Below are positions 26,535 through 30,330 of a DNA stretch of 30,330 bases, in pieces. The notes under the pieces were generated by a model. That model made no database searches, had not been told where the DNA came from, and saw nothing but the letters and a program-made list of their open reading frames with translations. Position 1 is the stretch's first letter, and every line of letters begins with the position of its first letter. The DNA is from a virus (Duplodnaviria; Caudoviricetes). Made by a program: the position numbers and the translations under genes. Location: IMG/VR virus record IMGVR_UViG_3300026201_000010, positions 1 to 30,330 of that record, one strand, 5' to 3'.

Positions 26535-27256
26535 TACAGTTCCATGAGTCTGTTTATAGCTGTGTGTCCACCTATAACAACACCGCAGCCGATAGCTTGT
26601 TTCTTAAAATTCTTAGCATACGCTGCAGCATAAGCGTTGCAGTCTACTCCACAACCCACCTGCATGCCAAAGACTTTGAAGTTTCTTCCAACCATCCACT
26701 CGGTATATGCTTGTGTGTGTATGTGTCCCTGGACTGTAGACATCATATCGTTCTTTGCTTTTGTACGTGCTGTTCCTCCCTCGCCATGCACATATTGAAC
26801 ACCATCATACACAATTCTATCAACCCAGTTCCAGTCAGTTCCTAAAACTTCGTTGTATGATTTAACCCATCGTTTAGGTATCTGAGAGTCAAAAGCTTTT
26901 CGCATTATTATTCTGTCGTGGTTTCCAATACAAACATCTGCTACAGGAAACTGCTCAACCCACTTCTGTACTTCTTGAATAGCGAAGTCTAGCTCATCAC
27001 CACCACCCATTCCGTCTGGGTCTGTGGTATGAAAAGAGCTGTAGTGGTTATCAATTATATCTCCAATAAATATTACTTGGTTACAATTGTATTTAGCGTA
27101 AGTGTCTTTGCAGAATTCAAAGTATCCATCAAGCTCAAAGGGTGCGTGGATATCTCCTACTACCAGAATTCTCCTTTCCTTTTGCGTAATGTTATCAAAT
27201 GCTGCTTTGCGGTTGCCACTAAGTCGTGGTCTAAAATCTTTTCTATAAGTCATCAT
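26534..27256 (-). CDS. Calcineurin-like metallophosphoesterase
   Basis: All five motifs are present: GDIH, GDIID, GNHD, HG and GHIH. Confidence 0.9.
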   Translation of the reverse strand: MMTYRKDFRPRLSGNRKAAFDNITQKERRILVVGDIHAPFELDGYFEFCKDTYAKYNCNQVIFIGDIIDNHYSSFHTTDPDGMGGGDELDFAIQEVQKWVEQFPVADVCIGNHDRIIMRKAFDSQIPKRWVKSYNEVLGTDWNWVDRIVYDGVQYVHGEGGTARTKAKNDMMSTVQGHIHTQAYTEWMVGRNFKVFGMQVGCGVDCNAYAAAYAKNFKKQAIGCGVVIGGHTAINRLMEL

Positions 27257-27434
27257 CCATTGAGTCTATCATTGCTTTTAGCTGTAGGATTAATGTCTTA
27301 GTAATTTCTTTACAGTGGGCGTAATCATGGTCTATTAAAGACTCATATATCTCATCACAAGAGTCGTGAAGCTCGTTAGTTATTGCATTAACATGTTTTA
27401 TTCTTTCGTTCTCAAGTGACGTTATTTGTTCCAT
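27243..27434 (-). CDS. Hypothetical protein (63 aa, helical)
   Basis: Tiles without gaps with its neighbours (TAATG overlap at 27434). Confidence 0.6.
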   Translation of the reverse strand: MEQITSLENERIKHVNAITNELHDSCDEIYESLIDHDYAHCKEITKTLILQLKAMIDSMDDDL

Positions 27435-27670
27435 TAATCCCTGTCCATTACGACCAAAAAGTCGTTGCCAATTTTGTGGTCTATCTGTTTTATTTGTCTA
27501 TATATTTTCCTTGAGTTTTTTTTTGCTTCTAATCTTTCTGATTTTGTTGAATCAATCCCAAGGTTAGTATACAAATCACAATCAATACGTAATAATTCAT
27601 CTATTTTTTTCTTATCACTCCATGATTTAAACTCCGTTATCTTTTCTATGTCGTTAATTGTATATTCCAT
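27434..27670 (-). CDS. Hypothetical protein (78 aa)
   Basis: Tiles with its neighbours and has normal composition. Confidence 0.65.
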   Translation of the reverse strand: MEYTINDIEKITEFKSWSDKKKIDELLRIDCDLYTNLGIDSTKSERLEAKKNSRKIYRQIKQIDHKIGNDFLVVMDRD

Positions 27671-28172
27671 TTAAGTATGTATTTAATTTTCTTGTAACTT
27701 CTTTAACATTCTTTGGTCTTACTCTTTCGTTTATTAAACTATACAAATCAGGGTATGTTTCTACCTGCTTTTTGTACGTTTCATGCTCTAAATTTAAACG
27801 ACTAATATCCAAAGTTAACTTTTTTATTTTATTTTCCAAAGAAAATATTAAAATTCTACACTCTTCTAGGTCCAAAGCATTAGCTATATGGTCTGTTTCA
27901 TTAAAAATTTTAGCACATAACAGGTACATTTCCCATAATCTTTCATCTGGTTTGATGAAATATTTAAAGTTTTTATTGTAATGAACTATCGTGCAGTGGC
28001 TTTTGTTTATAGTTTTAGCTACTCTAGACAGTGTGTGACCACCCATATTCATAAGTATACGAGAGTAAACCATTCTTGCCTCTACCACTTCACGCCTTCT
28101 TGTCTTTTCCATAATGTCAACATCAAAAACTCTGTTAACTATTTGCTTTAATCTATTTGATTGTGTTTTCAT
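27654..28172 (-). CDS. DnaA C-terminal (domain IV)-like HTH DNA-binding protein with coiled coil
   Basis: KTRRREVVEARMVYSRIL...TLSRVAKTINKSHCTIVHY mirrors the DnaA domain IV signature (R...V.ARQ...SL..IG....RDHTTV.H). No AAA+ domain is present. Confidence 0.75.
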   Translation of the reverse strand: MKTQSNRLKQIVNRVFDVDIMEKTRRREVVEARMVYSRILMNMGGHTLSRVAKTINKSHCTIVHYNKNFKYFIKPDERLWEMYLLCAKIFNETDHIANALDLEECRILIFSLENKIKKLTLDISRLNLEHETYKKQVETYPDLYSLINERVRPKNVKEVTRKLNTYLNGIYN

Positions 28173-28486
28173 ATTAGTATTTGATTTAATAAATGATAAT
28201 CTAGATAAGTATCGCTGTCGATAATTTCTAGGTCTATGTAAATTGTATTTTCGTTTTTCTCTTTGATATATTCAACTGCAAAAAAGACTGGAGGCTCAAC
28301 TCTTTTGACTACGCCTGCATATATATTTGTCCAGGTGTCAGTCTCTGGTAAGTATTCTGCATTCCAATCTATTTGTTTTGCTATTTCCATACCAACTTTA
28401 GATGGTAGTGCTTTTAGTATGTCAATAAAGTAATCGTCCACTTCATACTCTACATCACCCTCTGTAAACCTCAGTCTTAACGCCAT
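28169..28486 (-). CDS. Hypothetical acidic protein (105 aa)
   Basis: Fills the gap between the VRR-NUC and DnaA-like genes with short overlaps. Confidence 0.6.
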   Translation of the reverse strand: MALRLRFTEGDVEYEVDDYFIDILKALPSKVGMEIAKQIDWNAEYLPETDTWTNIYAGVVKRVEPPVFFAVEYIKEKNENTIYIDLEIIDSDTYLDYHLLNQILI

Positions 28487-28694
28487 GCTTTTTTAGTTCT
28501 TTTAATCTGTATTCCTGAAGAGCAGATACTTTCCCATCAGGTTTTTTTACTTCGCTAAAGAGAACATCGCAGTCTGGAGGTATGGCTATAAGGTCTGGTA
28601 TTCCATTCTTATTTGTCTTGATTAACTTAATAACGTAGTAACCCTCGGCCTCAAGTTGTTGTATTCTTTTCTTCTGTATCTGCTGCTCAGTCAT
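28455..28694 (-). CDS. VRR-NUC domain nuclease (Holliday junction resolvase-like)
   Basis: TEQQIQ...GIPDL...FSEVKKPDGKVSALQEYRLKEL is the canonical stand-alone VRR-NUC pattern. Confidence 0.9.
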   Translation of the reverse strand: MTEQQIQKKRIQQLEAEGYYVIKLIKTNKNGIPDLIAIPPDCDVLFSEVKKPDGKVSALQEYRLKELKKHGVKTEVYRG

Positions 28695-29064
28695 CTATAA
28701 CAAAGTTACAAATTTCTTTTATAGGTATTAATACAGCCATAGAAGTATTACTATCACCCATAGCTTTCACGTATCCTTTTATATAGTATTTACGTGCAAC
28801 TTCTTTTAATCTTTCTGTTTCAAAAACATACATTACTTTGTCTTGATATGCTCCAGAAAATATTATAACCCAGTAATCTGCTTCGGTAGTAGCAATGCCT
28901 GATGGTTTTCCTCGGCTCTCATATTCTATAGCAATGTTTCCAGACTTAGCAACCCAGCTGTCACGCTTAACTTCTAAAAGTTTATCCTTAAATAAAGAGT
29001 CTACAATACGTTCTCCCTCCTTGCCAACCTCTAGGTCATATCTGAAATCGTTGTTGAAGTTCAT
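28687..29064 (-). CDS. PD-(D/E)XK-family nuclease-like protein
   Basis: GKEGE...LEVKRD...GNIAIEYESRGKPSGIATTEADYW is a common phage restriction-endonuclease-like pattern. Confidence 0.7.
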   Translation of the reverse strand: MNFNNDFRYDLEVGKEGERIVDSLFKDKLLEVKRDSWVAKSGNIAIEYESRGKPSGIATTEADYWVIIFSGAYQDKVMYVFETERLKEVARKYYIKGYVKAMGDSNTSMAVLIPIKEICNFVIDD

Positions 29065-30299
29065 AGTGACATTAGGTCTTTTTTAAAGTGACGTAAGGTG
29101 TAGTCTTTCTTTTTAGTTACAGCTTTGTATATCTGTTTCTCTATACCTCCTTTAGAAAACACCCAGTAAACATCTGACTCCAGTCTTTCTTTGGTTGTCA
29201 TTCTATCTCTTGATTGCCAGTAGCTTGTAGCTGAGAAGTCTATATTGTAATACACAAGAGCTTTGGCTTTACGCAATGAGATACCCTCACGCCCACTAAC
29301 TATCTGAAGAGCTATGCTTTTATTAGTGGCATTGAAATCATCTAGCTCTGTACACAAGTCATCACCATATACTTCCTTGAGTGCCTTGAGTTCTTCTTTA
29401 AACTTGTAGAAGATACCTATCTTCATACCAAAAAACTGCTTACGAATAAACTCTGCTTTGCTGAGGTCCAGGATAGTAGACTTGCCTGACTCAAACTTAA
29501 CAGTTCCAGAATACATTTGATGAAGTTTCATCATAAGTTTTACTGGAGTGTCAGCAAGTATTACTTCTTCGCTTCCCTCAACTACTAAATCTTTCTGTAG
29601 CTTTTTAGTTAACTCATAAGTTAACTTACTCATCTCTACTTCAAGTACATGCTCTCTTGTGTCCACTTTAAATCCTGCTTCTTTTTGTGTATAAGAAATA
29701 GTGTAGGGTTTCATTTTTTCTATGATAGAATCTCTACCTCTACTATAATCTCGTATGTACATGCTGTTTATCTTACGTTCTTTTACGTCCACATAATCAT
29801 GGCAGAACTTATAGAAGTTTGTGTATTGACGAAAAGGATTCTTTGGAATACCAAACACCTGGTGGTACATTTGACTATACGACTCAGGTGTTGGCGTTCC
29901 TGACAACAAACAGACATCACAACCTGTTTTCTTTATAATACTTTTAACGTCTCTAGCTCTCTTGTTTGGCTTTGGAAAAGCTCCCATGCCATGAGCTTCA
30001 TCTAAGATAATAAAATCCCATTTAATATTGGGAAGTTTATGCATACTTTCGTAATTAATTACGAACAAACTAAATGAAGTTGGACACATCATTTCATTGT
30101 CTTTAACTATGGAGCTGATAGCTTTCTTCTTTGTAAGAAATAACACGTTTTCGTATCCCATTCTCTCTGCTATCCCTAAACTTGTAAGTGTTTTACCTGT
30201 TCTAACTTCCATTGCCAGATAAACAAACCCCTTTTTTTGTATCACCTCTACTGCTGTATTGATAATATTTTTCTGATAGTCTCTAAATTCTATTGGCAT
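29061..30299 (-). CDS. SF2 (SNF2-like) helicase/ATPase
   Basis: Q motif RDYQ, Walker A variant EVRTGKT, DEAH, SGTP, motif V SGREGISL and motif VI QSRDR. Confidence 0.9.
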   Translation of the reverse strand: MPIEFRDYQKNIINTAVEVIQKKGFVYLAMEVRTGKTLTSLGIAERMGYENVLFLTKKKAISSIVKDNEMMCPTSFSLFVINYESMHKLPNIKWDFIILDEAHGMGAFPKPNKRARDVKSIIKKTGCDVCLLSGTPTPESYSQMYHQVFGIPKNPFRQYTNFYKFCHDYVDVKERKINSMYIRDYSRGRDSIIEKMKPYTISYTQKEAGFKVDTREHVLEVEMSKLTYELTKKLQKDLVVEGSEEVILADTPVKLMMKLHQMYSGTVKFESGKSTILDLSKAEFIRKQFFGMKIGIFYKFKEELKALKEVYGDDLCTELDDFNATNKSIALQIVSGREGISLRKAKALVYYNIDFSATSYWQSRDRMTTKERLESDVYWVFSKGGIEKQIYKAVTKKKDYTLRHFKKDLMSL

Positions 30300-30330
30300 C
30301 TATGTAGTTTTTAATTTCTGAACATTTCTC

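Noticed and set aside
27810-28708. Intragenic TAnnTTTG matches (27810-27817 minus, 28322-28329 plus, 28701-28708 minus)
   Set aside because: The motif is expected frequently by chance in AT-rich DNA. Only the one 6 nt before the VRR-NUC ATG is suggestive, and it is not independently supported.
26564-29903. Plus-strand ORFs over the minus-strand block
   Set aside because: They are antisense shadows of well-supported, tightly tiled minus-strand genes.
1-30330. Stop-codon reassignment as in some Crassvirales, and also CRISPR arrays, tRNAs, integrase or DGR elements
   Set aside because: Genes are long and tile tightly in the standard code, and TAG acts as a real stop (6068-6070). I saw no repeat-spacer array, cloverleaf, recombinase or reverse transcriptase by eye.
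30285-30330. End of an upstream minus-strand gene (possibly ...EKCSEIKNYIDANRI*)
   Set aside because: There is too little sequence to fix the frame or function.

Overview
This window is a fragment of an AT-rich tailed-phage genome, most likely a podovirus of Bacteroidota (Flavobacteria-like) with a crAss-like/P22-like virion gene order. The + strand (1-26163) carries the portal C-terminus, scaffold, major capsid protein, two tail ring/tubular proteins, a P22 gp10-like tail stabilization (nozzle) gene apparently split into three ORFs, a cupin-like protein and three probable ejected (cargo) proteins, the last a 3499-aa polyvalent protein. The convergent - strand block (26160-30299) carries small nuclease-like genes, a metallophosphoesterase, a DnaA C-terminal-like HTH protein, a VRR-NUC nuclease and an SF2/SNF2-like helicase. 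Bacteroidota-type TAnnTTTG promoters and SD-less A-rich starts point to the host group, and the standard genetic code fits. The most notable signal is a hidden coding layer inside the giant gene that the ORF track misses. It consists of two small +1-frame genes nested in inter-domain linkers (MPFKSQKQRAWMHANKP..., 42 aa; MKKQVKKQ..., 46 aa) and an A10 slippery run at codons 72-75 whose -1 frame gives a short RRFGLRFGSWFIG-tailed product. A promoter-to-terminator small-RNA candidate lies at about 4005-4083. All functional calls come from motif recognition and synteny, not from database searches.
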